Virus record (IMG/VR): IMGVR_UViG_3300037962_000450
Span: 16,722 to 80,721 of that record
Origin: a virus
Taxonomy: Duplodnaviria; Caudoviricetes
Strand: one strand, 5' to 3'
DNA length: 64,000 bases
Below, piece after piece: positions 6,548-16,248 of the stretch; the stretch's first letter is position 1; every line of letters begins with the position of its first letter. The notes under the pieces are model-generated. The model was not told where the DNA came from. It ran no database searches and saw only the letters and a program-made list of their open reading frames with translations. The translations under genes were made by a program, and so were the position numbers.

Positions 6548-7325
6548 AGGAAGGCTCTCAAAGCCCGAAACGAAGTTTATCACTGATAATGCCGACACCA
6601 TGACGGTAGAAGAGATAGCACAGGAGTTAGACCGTGACCCCTCATCTATCGAAACGTTCATAAAAAGAAAACTCCGCCTAGGGTTGTCAGCAGAAGAGGA
6701 AGTAGCTTACACCTTAGAGGAGCGACCATACTGGTCCGAATTGAAGCAACAGTTCACAGGAGACGAGCTGGAGCTTGTAAAATATCACTGGGGCAGAATT
6801 ATCTCACAGTTCAAGGATGACGTATTCCCCACAGAAGAATTGCAGGTGGTAGATGTAATCAAGCTTGAGATACTTATGAATAGGGGCTTGAAGCAGAATA
6901 AGGAAAACATAGACCAGATAGGGGTCTTTGAAAAACTTATTCAAGAGGAACGGGCAATGGACCCTGACCAGCAGGACAGAGATTATATACTAAACTTGGA
7001 GCGTCAGACCGCGACTTTACGTGCAGCACAGGAGTCACTCAACAGAGATTACAGAGACCTTCAAACAAAGAAGAACTCCATGTTGAAAGAGATGAAAGCT
7101 ACTCGTGAACAAAGGATCAGGAGATTAGAGGATTCGAGACAGTCTTTTACTGGTTGGATAGCACATCTGATTCAAAATCCAGAGATAATGAAACAATATG
7201 GTTTAGAGATGGAAAAGATGAGACTTGCGATGGAAGGGGAAAAGCAAAGACTCTCTGAATACCATAAATACGATGACGGAATCGTAGACCAACCCTTCTT
7301 GACACCCGACACTGTAAAGGACTAA
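6540..7325 (+). CDS. HTH/coiled-coil protein, probable terminase small subunit
   Basis: N-terminal HTH (TVEEIAQELDRDPSSIETFI), long coiled coil, and position upstream of TerL. Confidence 0.5.
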   Translation: MRKGRLSKPETKFITDNADTMTVEEIAQELDRDPSSIETFIKRKLRLGLSAEEEVAYTLEERPYWSELKQQFTGDELELVKYHWGRIISQFKDDVFPTEELQVVDVIKLEILMNRGLKQNKENIDQIGVFEKLIQEERAMDPDQQDRDYILNLERQTATLRAAQESLNRDYRDLQTKKNSMLKEMKATREQRIRRLEDSRQSFTGWIAHLIQNPEIMKQYGLEMEKMRLAMEGEKQRLSEYHKYDDGIVDQPFLTPDTVKD

Positions 7326-7340
7326 TCGGAAAGGATAATA

Positions 7341-8342
7341 ATGAAAAAGGCTATAATTTTTGGAGTAACGGGGCAGGATGGAAGCCACCTCCTCGACCTA
7401 CTACTATCGAAGGGCTATGAAGTGATAGGCGTAGCCAGAAGATGCAGTGTAGACACTAGCGAGAGAATAAAGAATCGTTTAGAATGTCCACACTTCAATC
7501 TGGTGCATGGGGATATAACAGATGCGAGCAGCGTGATGAATATCCTTAGAAATAACGAGGATGTAGATGAAATCTATAATCTAGCAGCGCAATCGCATGT
7601 TGGTGTATCTTTTAAACAACCCGGACTCACATGGGATATAACAGGCAAGGGCTGCTTTAACATCTTACAAAGCATCGTCGATCTTGGTATGTTCGGGTCT
7701 AGGTTCTATCAAGCGTCGTCCAGCGAAATGTTTGGCGACTCCTACGACATAGATAAAGATGGGGAAAAGGTACAGAACGAGAACACCAAGTTTTTACCAC
7801 AGTCTCCATACGCCATTGCTAAATGTGCTGCGCATTATGCCGTAAGACTTTTTAGAGAAGCTTATGGTCTGCATGCCAGTGCTGGAATACTATTTAACCA
7901 CGAGGGAGAAAGAAGGGGCGAGACTTTCGTCACCCGAAAGATAACCAAGTGGATAGGTGATTGGCATAAGACTGGCTACGACAAAAATTTTCCGAAACTC
8001 CGTTTAGGTAACTTAGAAGCGTTCCGGGATTGGGGATATGCCGGAGACTATGTTAGGGCTATGTGGTTAATGCTACAGCAAGAGCAGCCTGACGACTATG
8101 TAATATGCACAGGTAAAACTCATACAATCAGGGAATTCTTAGATTGCGCGTTTGGTCATATAGGTATCGAAGACTGGGAAGAACATGTTGTTATAGACCC
8201 GGAATTCTACAGACCTGCGGAAGTTGACTACCTACGAGGTGATTGTTCAAAAGCTAAGGAAAAACTGGAATGGGAACCAGAGTGCAACCTAGAGGATCTT
8301 GTAAAGATCATGGTGGAGCACGATGTAAATGCTAATATATAA
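7341..8342 (+). CDS. gmd: GDP-mannose 4,6-dehydratase
   Basis: GVTGQDGS nucleotide-binding motif, NLAAQSHV, YQASSSEMFG, PQSPYAIAK (YxxxK), GILFNHE..RRGETFVTRKIT, RDWGYAGDYV, RPAEVDYLRGD. Confidence 0.95.
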   Translation: MKKAIIFGVTGQDGSHLLDLLLSKGYEVIGVARRCSVDTSERIKNRLECPHFNLVHGDITDASSVMNILRNNEDVDEIYNLAAQSHVGVSFKQPGLTWDITGKGCFNILQSIVDLGMFGSRFYQASSSEMFGDSYDIDKDGEKVQNENTKFLPQSPYAIAKCAAHYAVRLFREAYGLHASAGILFNHEGERRGETFVTRKITKWIGDWHKTGYDKNFPKLRLGNLEAFRDWGYAGDYVRAMWLMLQQEQPDDYVICTGKTHTIREFLDCAFGHIGIEDWEEHVVIDPEFYRPAEVDYLRGDCSKAKEKLEWEPECNLEDLVKIMVEHDVNANI

Positions 8343-8577
8343 AGTTTATCTCGACCTCTCTTTAGTTATTAGCAGACTGAGAGAGTTCCAATTGATGGAA
8401 TACAATTCAGCTTTTCCTATTGTATTTATGGAAGCTAGCAATCCAGACGATGCTTGCTTTAAAGCTGTTTACACACTTATTCAGATGATATTAAAACAAA
8501 GCAATACCGTTGAGACTAGAATATTGTGTAGGAGTATCAAAAGAGACATCAGAGTAATAAAGGCTTTATGCAGATGA
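8329..8577 (+). CDS. Hypothetical protein
   Basis: Overlaps both neighbours on the same strand (coupled operon). Confidence 0.6.
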   Translation: MLIYKVYLDLSLVISRLREFQLMEYNSAFPIVFMEASNPDDACFKAVYTLIQMILKQSNTVETRILCRSIKRDIRVIKALCR

Positions 8578-8849
8578 GAAGAAACTATCAAGACCCTACA
8601 TACAAGGCTTGGAGAAGTAAGGTATACAGGAGAGATAAGTTTAAGTGCCAGATGCCCGGATGCAAGTCTAAGTATCAGATTCAGGCACATCATATAAAGA
8701 AATGGTCAGAAGCTTCTACCTTGAGGTACGATGTAAACAATGGTATAACATTGTGCCGTAATTGCCACGACTCTATTAATGGTATGGAGTCGCACTATGA
8801 AGTATTATTCAACGATATAGTGAGTGCAAAAAATGGGAAATTACACTAA
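8568..8849 (+). CDS. HNH endonuclease (terminase-associated type)
   Basis: WRSKVYRRDKFKCQMPGC...AHHIKKW...NGITLCRNCH, a small Zn-binding HNH. Confidence 0.9.
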   Translation: MQMRRNYQDPTYKAWRSKVYRRDKFKCQMPGCKSKYQIQAHHIKKWSEASTLRYDVNNGITLCRNCHDSINGMESHYEVLFNDIVSAKNGKLH

Positions 8850-9336
8850 GGCTCCAGATTTTTATGTAATCAAAGATACCAGAGAACAGGAAGGGTACTA
8901 CTTCAGTGCTTACGGAAGCTGTTTGGGAATGGTGGAGCAAAAACTAGATACAGGAGACTATGCAATACAAGGACTCGAAGACAAGTGTTGCATAGAAAGG
9001 AAGGGGTGTATAGAAGAACTAGCTATCAACCTAGGAAAAACTAAGCACGCCTTTTTAAATGAAATAGAGAGAATGAAGTCATTCCCACACAAGTTTATTA
9101 TTTTAGAGTTTGAGCTTTCAGATCTAGTCAATTTTCCTGAAAACAGCAGGATACCAGAAAAGAATAAGGCAAAACTGAAGATTACTGGAAAATACATGCT
9201 TAAATGCTTAATGGAATTTCAACTTTACGATGACGTACATGTATTGTTTTGTGGTAACAAACGGAACGGATTCCTAACTGTAAGCAGTATCCTCAAGAGA
9301 ATAAATGAAATGTACACAGTGGGAAGGAAGAAATAA
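8833..9336 (+). CDS. ERCC4/XPF-domain nuclease
   Basis: VIKDTREQ...LDTGDYAI...CIERKGCIEELA matches the ERCC4 GDxnERKx3D/E signature. Confidence 0.85.
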   Translation: MGNYTKAPDFYVIKDTREQEGYYFSAYGSCLGMVEQKLDTGDYAIQGLEDKCCIERKGCIEELAINLGKTKHAFLNEIERMKSFPHKFIILEFELSDLVNFPENSRIPEKNKAKLKITGKYMLKCLMEFQLYDDVHVLFCGNKRNGFLTVSSILKRINEMYTVGRKK

Positions 9337-9980
9337 TGTCAGATCAATCAGGAGACATACATTCGTATGGTCTTGATGTAAAAAACAGAGAAGTATATCT
9401 ACACGGATACCACGGTTCTTTTGACGAAGATCCCGGTGTAGAATATAGGATGGCTACTAACTTTATTAAAAACATAAGGTTGATAGACACTGCGGGAAAA
9501 GATCCAATACTAATACACATGCATAGCATTGGTGGAAATTGGAATGATGGCATGGCGATATACGATGCTATCAAGGCATGCACATCATATACGACCATCC
9601 TTGTCTATGGACAGGCCGAATCTATGAGTGGCATTGTATTGCAAGCTGCCGACAAAAGGGTTATGATGCCTAACGCATATTTTATGTGTCACTTTGGTTC
9701 AAGTGGATATGAAGGACATTACCTAAATGTCAGGTCAGGCGTCAAGTTTGAAGAAAAGCTTATTAGTGATATGTTAGACATTTATACATCGAGGTGTAAG
9801 TCTGGCAAATTTTTCAAGGAGCATTATAACCCAACCAATGAGAGTAAAGTCAAGAACTATATAAACACAAAAATGAAATCAGGAGACTGGTATCTCAATA
9901 GTCACGAATCGGTTTACTATGGCTTTGCCGACAGCGTACTGATGACCAGAAAAAATAGGAATATTAGCAGTCTAAAATAA
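9336..9980 (+). CDS. clpP: ClpP-like serine protease
   Basis: IHMHSIGG...GMAIYDAI, AESMS (catalytic Ser), KRVMMPNAYFMCH (His), DWYL...SVYYGFADSV (Asp). Confidence 0.85.
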   Translation: MSDQSGDIHSYGLDVKNREVYLHGYHGSFDEDPGVEYRMATNFIKNIRLIDTAGKDPILIHMHSIGGNWNDGMAIYDAIKACTSYTTILVYGQAESMSGIVLQAADKRVMMPNAYFMCHFGSSGYEGHYLNVRSGVKFEEKLISDMLDIYTSRCKSGKFFKEHYNPTNESKVKNYINTKMKSGDWYLNSHESVYYGFADSVLMTRKNRNISSLK

Positions 9981-11986
9981 TGTCAGAGAAAAAATTAAAA
10001 CAGATCAATGAAGCTTGGTTAGGTTTAGAGTTTCCAGAATCTCAGAAAATTTTCAACCCAGCAACACTCTTAAATTCCAAAGAGGAAGATTATCACCTTC
10101 GCCTCTCTTGGCTGATGACACAGCCCGAATACCTATCCTTTTTATGTAAGCATATACTAAACATCCAACTACTACCTTCTCAGGCTTTGATGCTTAATGA
10201 GATGTGGAGTAGAAAGTTTCCGATCCTTATTGCTAGTCGTGGTTTCGGTAAGTCCTTCATGCTTTCGCTTTACTCTATTCTTAGAGCACTCTTGCTCCCA
10301 AAGAGAAAAGTAGTCATCGTAGGTGCGGCTTTCAGACAGTCTAAGATTCTCTTTGAATATATGGAAACTATATGGAGAAATTCTCCAATACTCAGGGATA
10401 TTTGCAGCGACACAAGTGGACCCAGAAGAGATGTTGACAGGTGCGTCTTAAGACTAAACGAAAGTACAGTCACATGCCTACCATTAGGTGACGGCCAAAA
10501 GATTCGTGGTCAACGTGCAAACGATATTATCTCTGACGAATTTGCGTCAATACCAAGAGATATCTTTGAAACAGTCGTTGCTGGTTTTGCCGCCGTATCA
10601 GCAGACCCAATCGACAACGTAAGAAGACTAGCATCAGAAAAGAAAGCTAAAGAGCTTGGCATTAAGATTGAAGAAAAACAAGAGGCTGTATCTGCAAACA
10701 AAGACAACCAAATCATCATCTCCGGTACAGCCTACTACGACTTCAACCATTTTGCCGAGTACTGGAAAAAGTGGAAGTCAATAATAAAAAGTCAAGGCAG
10801 ACCCTCAAGACTTAGGGAAGTATTTGGTGGGGAAGATCCTCCGCCAGATTTTGACTGGACACAGTATTCCATAATACGGATACCATACGAACTCCTACCA
10901 GAAGGGTTTATGGATGCATCTCAAGTTGCTAGATCTAAGGCTACAGTACATACAGGCATTTACCAAATGGAATTTGGGGCATGCTTTACTAGAGACTCAC
11001 AGGGTTTCTTTAAGAGATCGCTGATAGAATCCTGCGTTATCACTAAAGACAATATAATAAAAGATCACAAAGGGGAAGAAATAAACTTTGAGGCAGTCCT
11101 CATAGGAGACCCAAAGAAGAGGTATGTATTTGGTGTTGACCCCGCATCCGAAGTCGATAACTTTAGCATAGTCGTTTTAGAGTTATGCGGCAACCACAGG
11201 AAGATAGTTCACTGCTGGACTACCACCAGATCAGAACACAGAGAAAAAGTAAAGAAAGGTTATTCTGCCGAGACTGACTTCTATGCATATTGTGCTAGAA
11301 AAATCAGAGACCTAATGAGGCAATTCCCTTGTATACATATAGCTATGGATGCTCAGGGTGGCGGCATAGCTGTCATGGAATCCCTACACGACAAAGACAA
11401 AATAAAAGAGGGCGAAATAGCAATATGGCCAGTAATTGACGAAGATAAACCAAAAGACACTGACGACGAAAGAGGGTTGCATATATTGGAGATGTGCCAG
11501 TTTGCCAAGTATGACTGGCTAGCGGAATCTAATCACAGCCTAAGAAAAGACTTTGAGGATAAAGTTTTAATATTTCCATTCTTCGATTCAATTACCCTTG
11601 GTTTATCAAATTCAGAAGATGCTCTTAAAAACAGAATGTTTGACACTCTAGAAGATTGCGTTATGGATATTGAAGAACTAAAGGATGAGTTAGCAATGAT
11701 TCAGATGACACAAACGCCAAGCGGCAGAGATAAATGGGATACTCCTGAAGTTATTACCGGCCCCGGTAAAAAAAGCAAGATGAGAAAAGATAGGTACTCC
11801 GCACTGCTAATGGCTAACATGGCCGGTAGAATCATCCAGAGAACCCCCACCCCAGAAGAGTACGGCTTCTATGGAGGCTTCGCTTATGCCGGAGGTGAAA
11901 ACTATGCCAAAGACAAAAAAACGCAAAACAAAAATATGTACTCAGGTCCGAGCTGGTTCGTTGACAACATCAATGACGTGTACTAA
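9980..11986 (+). CDS. terL: Terminase large subunit
   Basis: Walker A SRGFGKS, IRGQRANDIISDEF Walker B, RNase H-like nuclease FGVDPASEVDNFSIVV. Confidence 0.92.
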   Translation: MSEKKLKQINEAWLGLEFPESQKIFNPATLLNSKEEDYHLRLSWLMTQPEYLSFLCKHILNIQLLPSQALMLNEMWSRKFPILIASRGFGKSFMLSLYSILRALLLPKRKVVIVGAAFRQSKILFEYMETIWRNSPILRDICSDTSGPRRDVDRCVLRLNESTVTCLPLGDGQKIRGQRANDIISDEFASIPRDIFETVVAGFAAVSADPIDNVRRLASEKKAKELGIKIEEKQEAVSANKDNQIIISGTAYYDFNHFAEYWKKWKSIIKSQGRPSRLREVFGGEDPPPDFDWTQYSIIRIPYELLPEGFMDASQVARSKATVHTGIYQMEFGACFTRDSQGFFKRSLIESCVITKDNIIKDHKGEEINFEAVLIGDPKKRYVFGVDPASEVDNFSIVVLELCGNHRKIVHCWTTTRSEHREKVKKGYSAETDFYAYCARKIRDLMRQFPCIHIAMDAQGGGIAVMESLHDKDKIKEGEIAIWPVIDEDKPKDTDDERGLHILEMCQFAKYDWLAESNHSLRKDFEDKVLIFPFFDSITLGLSNSEDALKNRMFDTLEDCVMDIEELKDELAMIQMTQTPSGRDKWDTPEVITGPGKKSKMRKDRYSALLMANMAGRIIQRTPTPEEYGFYGGFAYAGGENYAKDKKTQNKNMYSGPSWFVDNINDVY

Positions 11987-11989
11987 TTT

Positions 11990-11998
11990 GTGTATAAT
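11990..11998 (+). promoter_or_regulatory. Putative late promoter GTGTATAAT (portal)
   Basis: Intergenic, about 50 bp before the portal ATG. Confidence 0.6.
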
Positions 11999-12046
11999 CT
12001 AATAACAATCCAATTACATTCCAAATGCTCAGTATGGTGATAAAAA

Positions 12047-14155
12047 ATGACTGAAAATAATGACTTCATAACTTGGTCCGATGGCGATGAAAGAGGTAAG
12101 GCGGAAGCCTTTTCTCAGTTTTCAGATGTGAGTGATGCATACTCAGGGATTGGTAAAAGCCACGCATCCCACAGGGACTTTACAGACATTGAAACAAATA
12201 TATCTGTCAGGAGCGGCTTTGGGTATCCAGACTACTACGCCTTCAGATCACACGAACAGATCCCACAGAGACAGAAGCGTATCATCAAGATGTGCATGAA
12301 CGCCTATGATAAAGTCGGGATTATCAGAAATGTAATAGACCTAATGGGAGACTTTGGACAGCAAGGAATCAACCTAGTACACCAGAACAAAAGTGTAGAA
12401 AAGTTCTACCGCAACTGGTTTAAGAAAGTCAACGGCAAGGAGAGGTCTGAGAGATTTCTTAACATATTATACAGGACAGGTAATGTTATAATTTATAAGT
12501 CATTTGCAAACATGACTCCTGAACTAATCAAGTTCATGAAGACTGTAGCAAACGATATCAAAGTCGAGACTCCAGACATCGAAAACAATGTTATCCCTTG
12601 GAGATACAACTTCTTCAACCCAATGAGCGTCAACCTAAAAGATGGCGGTTTATCTCTATTCCTTGGCAAGAAAAACCTAACCATATCTTCATCAAGTCTG
12701 CTAGACAAATTCAAAGACAATAGCATTCCCCCACATGTACTAGACACGCTACCTCCAAAGATAAAGCGGAGTATCGAGAGGGGCGAGAAAGAAATCCCAT
12801 TAGACCCAGATAGGGTTTCCACGTTTTATTACAAGAAAGACGACTGGAGTCAGTGGGCGAATCCCATGATCTACGCTATACTTGACGACGTTATGATGCT
12901 TGAGAAAATGAGGCTAGCAGATTTGTCAGCATTAGACGGCGCTATCTCCAATATAAGACTGTGGACTATTGGTAACTTAGACCATAAGATTCTCCCTAAT
13001 AAATCGGCAATCAATAAGCTTAGAGAGATACTTTCTAATAATGTTGGGGGCGGTACGATGGAACTTGTTTGGGGGCCTGAACTTAGCTTTACTGAATCGA
13101 GCAGTGACGTTTATAAGTTCCTAGGTTCTGAAAAATATCAAGCAGTTCTAAATAGTATATATGCTGGACTTGGAGTTCCTCCTACGCTCACAGGTATGGC
13201 CGGTCAAAGCGGAGGTTTTACTAATAACTTTATATCTCTCAAGACCTTAGTGGAAAGACTACAGTATGGAAGAGATATGCTTATCAAGTTCTGGCAACAC
13301 GAGGTTGAGCTTGTTAGAAGAGCCATGGGCTTTAGATACCCTGCTCAAATCCACTTTGATCAAATGTCACTATCAGACGAGGCTGCTGAAAAGAATCTTC
13401 TAATACAATTAGCAGATAGGGATATTATCAGCCACGAAACAGTACTTGAAAGATTTAAGGAAATACCAACAATCGAAAAAATTAGACTCAAGAGAGAATT
13501 ACAGGACAGGGAAAGAGAAAGCTCCCCAGATAAGGCTGGACCATTCCACAACGCCCAGCATCAAAATGATCTGGAAAAGATTGCACTACAACAAGGTGTA
13601 GTAACTCCAGAAGACGTTGGTCTTGAGAGCAGTCTCGACTCAAAGGATATGATAGATAGGAAGTTTCCTAAGCCTCAACCGGCTGGGCCAAGCGGACCAT
13701 CAGGGCCTCCAAAGAAAAAGAAATCAGAGAAGCCAGACGGTGGAAGGCCTAGGTTTTCAACAGACAAAGACCCTCGAAAGAAGAGGGTTGACAAGCCTAG
13801 ATCTAAACCCGGCCTTGCTGAACTGATTGCATGGAGTCAAAACTCTTTAGGCGAGATCTCAGATATCGTAAACGAGGCGTTCCTGAGCGTCAAAGGAAAG
13901 AAGAACCTAAGACAGCTAACTAAGTCTGACGTAGCTGAATTAGAAAACCTAAAGCTTGACGTGCTTACAAATTCCGACGTTAACTCTGAGATAACGCCTG
14001 ACATTGTATACCAAAGCATGGCAAGCAACCTACGAATGCCCCAAGACTTCAAGGAATTACTTGAGATCTCAGGCGTGAATACGGACAATATGAGCATTGA
14101 TTCCTACAGACAACACGTCATAGGGGTGTTTGTGGAATACAAACTAAGTAGGTGA
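12047..14155 (+). CDS. Portal protein
   Basis: Directly after TerL and before the protease; portal-like helical content; Pro/Lys-rich low-complexity segment followed by an extra C-terminal domain. Confidence 0.75.
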   Translation: MTENNDFITWSDGDERGKAEAFSQFSDVSDAYSGIGKSHASHRDFTDIETNISVRSGFGYPDYYAFRSHEQIPQRQKRIIKMCMNAYDKVGIIRNVIDLMGDFGQQGINLVHQNKSVEKFYRNWFKKVNGKERSERFLNILYRTGNVIIYKSFANMTPELIKFMKTVANDIKVETPDIENNVIPWRYNFFNPMSVNLKDGGLSLFLGKKNLTISSSSLLDKFKDNSIPPHVLDTLPPKIKRSIERGEKEIPLDPDRVSTFYYKKDDWSQWANPMIYAILDDVMMLEKMRLADLSALDGAISNIRLWTIGNLDHKILPNKSAINKLREILSNNVGGGTMELVWGPELSFTESSSDVYKFLGSEKYQAVLNSIYAGLGVPPTLTGMAGQSGGFTNNFISLKTLVERLQYGRDMLIKFWQHEVELVRRAMGFRYPAQIHFDQMSLSDEAAEKNLLIQLADRDIISHETVLERFKEIPTIEKIRLKRELQDRERESSPDKAGPFHNAQHQNDLEKIALQQGVVTPEDVGLESSLDSKDMIDRKFPKPQPAGPSGPSGPPKKKKSEKPDGGRPRFSTDKDPRKKRVDKPRSKPGLAELIAWSQNSLGEISDIVNEAFLSVKGKKNLRQLTKSDVAELENLKLDVLTNSDVNSEITPDIVYQSMASNLRMPQDFKELLEISGVNTDNMSIDSYRQHVIGVFVEYKLSR

Positions 14156-14187
14156 AAATCCGTAGTTTACAATAATTTAAACAAGTT

Positions 14188-14196
14188 GTGTATATA
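14188..14196 (+). promoter_or_regulatory. Putative late promoter GTGTATATA (head operon)
   Basis: Intergenic, 17 bp before ATG 14213. Confidence 0.55.
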
Positions 14197-14212
14197 TTTT
14201 TAGAGGTTTCCC

Positions 14213-15709
14213 ATGAGCGAAATAAACATATACAAGCAAGAAATAGCCGATGGTCTTTCTGAGGCCATCGCTGCACAGAATTCAATTGCGTACTGTTCTC
14301 CAGCCACGATCTCGAAAGAGGAACGTGTCGATTCAGAACTACCTAATATATCAAGCCCGGACATAGACAAGCTTCTAGCTAATAGCAACCCGGACCAGAT
14401 AGATTTGTATTATCTAGAGTCAGTTCTGGTTTCAACTGGATGGAACAAGAATGATGATGTATTTCAGCCCGGAATTACTTGGGCGGCTAGAACTACACCA
14501 GAAGATAAACAATTTAACTTTATGCACGACGAGAACGATATCATCGGGCATATAACGAGTAGTTACGTTATTGATAGAAACGGAAACAAAGTATCGGCTG
14601 ATGCCGAGTGCCCAGAAAGCTTTGATATTATTACTGAAGCGGTTTTATACAATAGCTGGACGGGACCAGAGAATAGAGAAAGGATGCAGCAAATAATTGC
14701 TGAAATAGAGGACGGGAAATGGTTCGTATCCATGGAGTGCCTTTTTGCAGGTTTTGATTATGCCCTTGTTGACCCCAAAGGGGAATCAAAATTACTAGAG
14801 AGAAACGAGTCATCGGCGTTTCTTACTAAGCATCTAAGGTCTTACGGAGGAACCGGAGAGTACGAAGGATACAAAATAGGTAGAGCTTTACGGAATATTT
14901 CTTTTTCTGGGAAAGGTTTAGTTTCTAAGCCAGCAAACCCAAGAAGCATTATTCTTAACTCCAGTAAAGCATTCCTAGTAGATGATGAGAATAAACTTAC
15001 TGAGTTTTCAATAGGAGACAAAGAAATGTCCGACAATCAGAATCTGTTAGAGAAGCAGGTTGCCGACCTTCAGGCTGAGCTTAAAGCTGCTATAGCTCAA
15101 AACGAAGCCATGAAGAAAGATATCGAAGAAGCAAAAGATAAAGAATTTGCATCTACGATCCAAGCTTTTGAAGGCGATATCGCTGACAAGGCTGAGGCTA
15201 TCACTGCTCTTGAAGAAGCTTCGCAAGCTTCACAAACAAAGATCGCTGAGCTGGAAGAAGCTCTAGCACAAAAAGACGAAGAATTAGCAGAAGCTCACAA
15301 AACCCTAGAAGACTGGAAACAAAAAGAACGTCAACAAAAACGTTTGGCCAGCCTTGTAGACGCAGGTTTTGATGCAGAAGAAGCTGAAGAATCTCTTGCT
15401 CTTTACGATGCTCTTGAAGACGAAGCATTTGATGCTATCGTTGCCAAGTGGTACGACAAGAAAAAGAAAAAGGAAGACGAAGAAAAGAAGGATGCTGAAG
15501 CAGAAGCAGAAGTGGAAGTGGAAGCAGAAGCATCTGAAACTTCAGAAGCTGATGAATCAGAAGAAGCTGAAGCTACGGAAGAAATGTTTGACGAAGTAGA
15601 ATCTTCAGAAGCAACACTAGTTGAAGCTGAAGAAGACGATCTACAAGACACCAGAGCTAGTCTAGCTGAGTGGCTTTCCGAAAACGTTTTGAGAACAAAC
15701 ACTAAGTAA
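14213..15709 (+). CDS. Prohead protease-scaffold fusion
   Basis: N-terminal WNKNDDVF...FMHDENDIIGHI...VSMEC...FSGKGLVSKPANPRS protease-like domain; C-terminal acidic coiled-coil scaffold; sits between portal and capsid genes. Confidence 0.75.
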   Translation: MSEINIYKQEIADGLSEAIAAQNSIAYCSPATISKEERVDSELPNISSPDIDKLLANSNPDQIDLYYLESVLVSTGWNKNDDVFQPGITWAARTTPEDKQFNFMHDENDIIGHITSSYVIDRNGNKVSADAECPESFDIITEAVLYNSWTGPENRERMQQIIAEIEDGKWFVSMECLFAGFDYALVDPKGESKLLERNESSAFLTKHLRSYGGTGEYEGYKIGRALRNISFSGKGLVSKPANPRSIILNSSKAFLVDDENKLTEFSIGDKEMSDNQNLLEKQVADLQAELKAAIAQNEAMKKDIEEAKDKEFASTIQAFEGDIADKAEAITALEEASQASQTKIAELEEALAQKDEELAEAHKTLEDWKQKERQQKRLASLVDAGFDAEEAEESLALYDALEDEAFDAIVAKWYDKKKKKEDEEKKDAEAEAEVEVEAEASETSEADESEEAEATEEMFDEVESSEATLVEAEEDDLQDTRASLAEWLSENVLRTNTK

Positions 15710-15732
15710 AACTCTATAAAGGAGATCTAAAA

Positions 15733-16221
15733 ATGGCTCTTAAAGCAGATAGAAATGAACTCCAGACTGACATTAGCTTCTTCTACGATGCCGCTGCTGC
15801 AACTCGTGGTGGAGTAGTTTGTCATGATGGTACTACCGCATCTGGTGCAGCTATGGACCAAGGTGTGAACAAAGTTCGCTACCAAGCGACAGTTACTACA
15901 GACCACGTTCCAGTAGGCATTTTGCTTAACGACGTAGTTAACAAAGACTTAACAAGAACCCACCTAAACCACTTCAAAGATGAAGTTCAGCTAGGTGGAA
16001 AAGTTACAGTTCTCCGTAAGGGTTGGGTTGTAACCAATATGCTTTCCGGCACACCTGCTGCTGGTAATGTAGCATTTGTTACTGACAATGGTAACATCGC
16101 CGCTGCATCTAATATTGGTGCATCTGGTAGCCTTGCTATTGGACGATTCTTGACCGGTAAGGACGAGGATGGTTACGCAAAGGTTGAAGTGAACCTACCT
16201 AACTTCGGACAAGATTCCTAA
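15733..16221 (+). CDS. Capsid decoration/cement protein
   Basis: 162 aa immediately before the MCP; PVGILLNDVV...GGKVTVLRKGWVVTN is typical of beta-tulip head-stabilising proteins. Confidence 0.7.
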   Translation: MALKADRNELQTDISFFYDAAAATRGGVVCHDGTTASGAAMDQGVNKVRYQATVTTDHVPVGILLNDVVNKDLTRTHLNHFKDEVQLGGKVTVLRKGWVVTNMLSGTPAAGNVAFVTDNGNIAAASNIGASGSLAIGRFLTGKDEDGYAKVEVNLPNFGQDS

Positions 16222-16248
16222 GCCAACCTAAATAAAGGAGATCAAATA

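Noticed and set aside
11961-11998. TTGACA upstream of the portal TATAAT as a sigma70 promoter
   Set aside because: The spacer is 26 bp and the TTGACA lies inside terL coding sequence.
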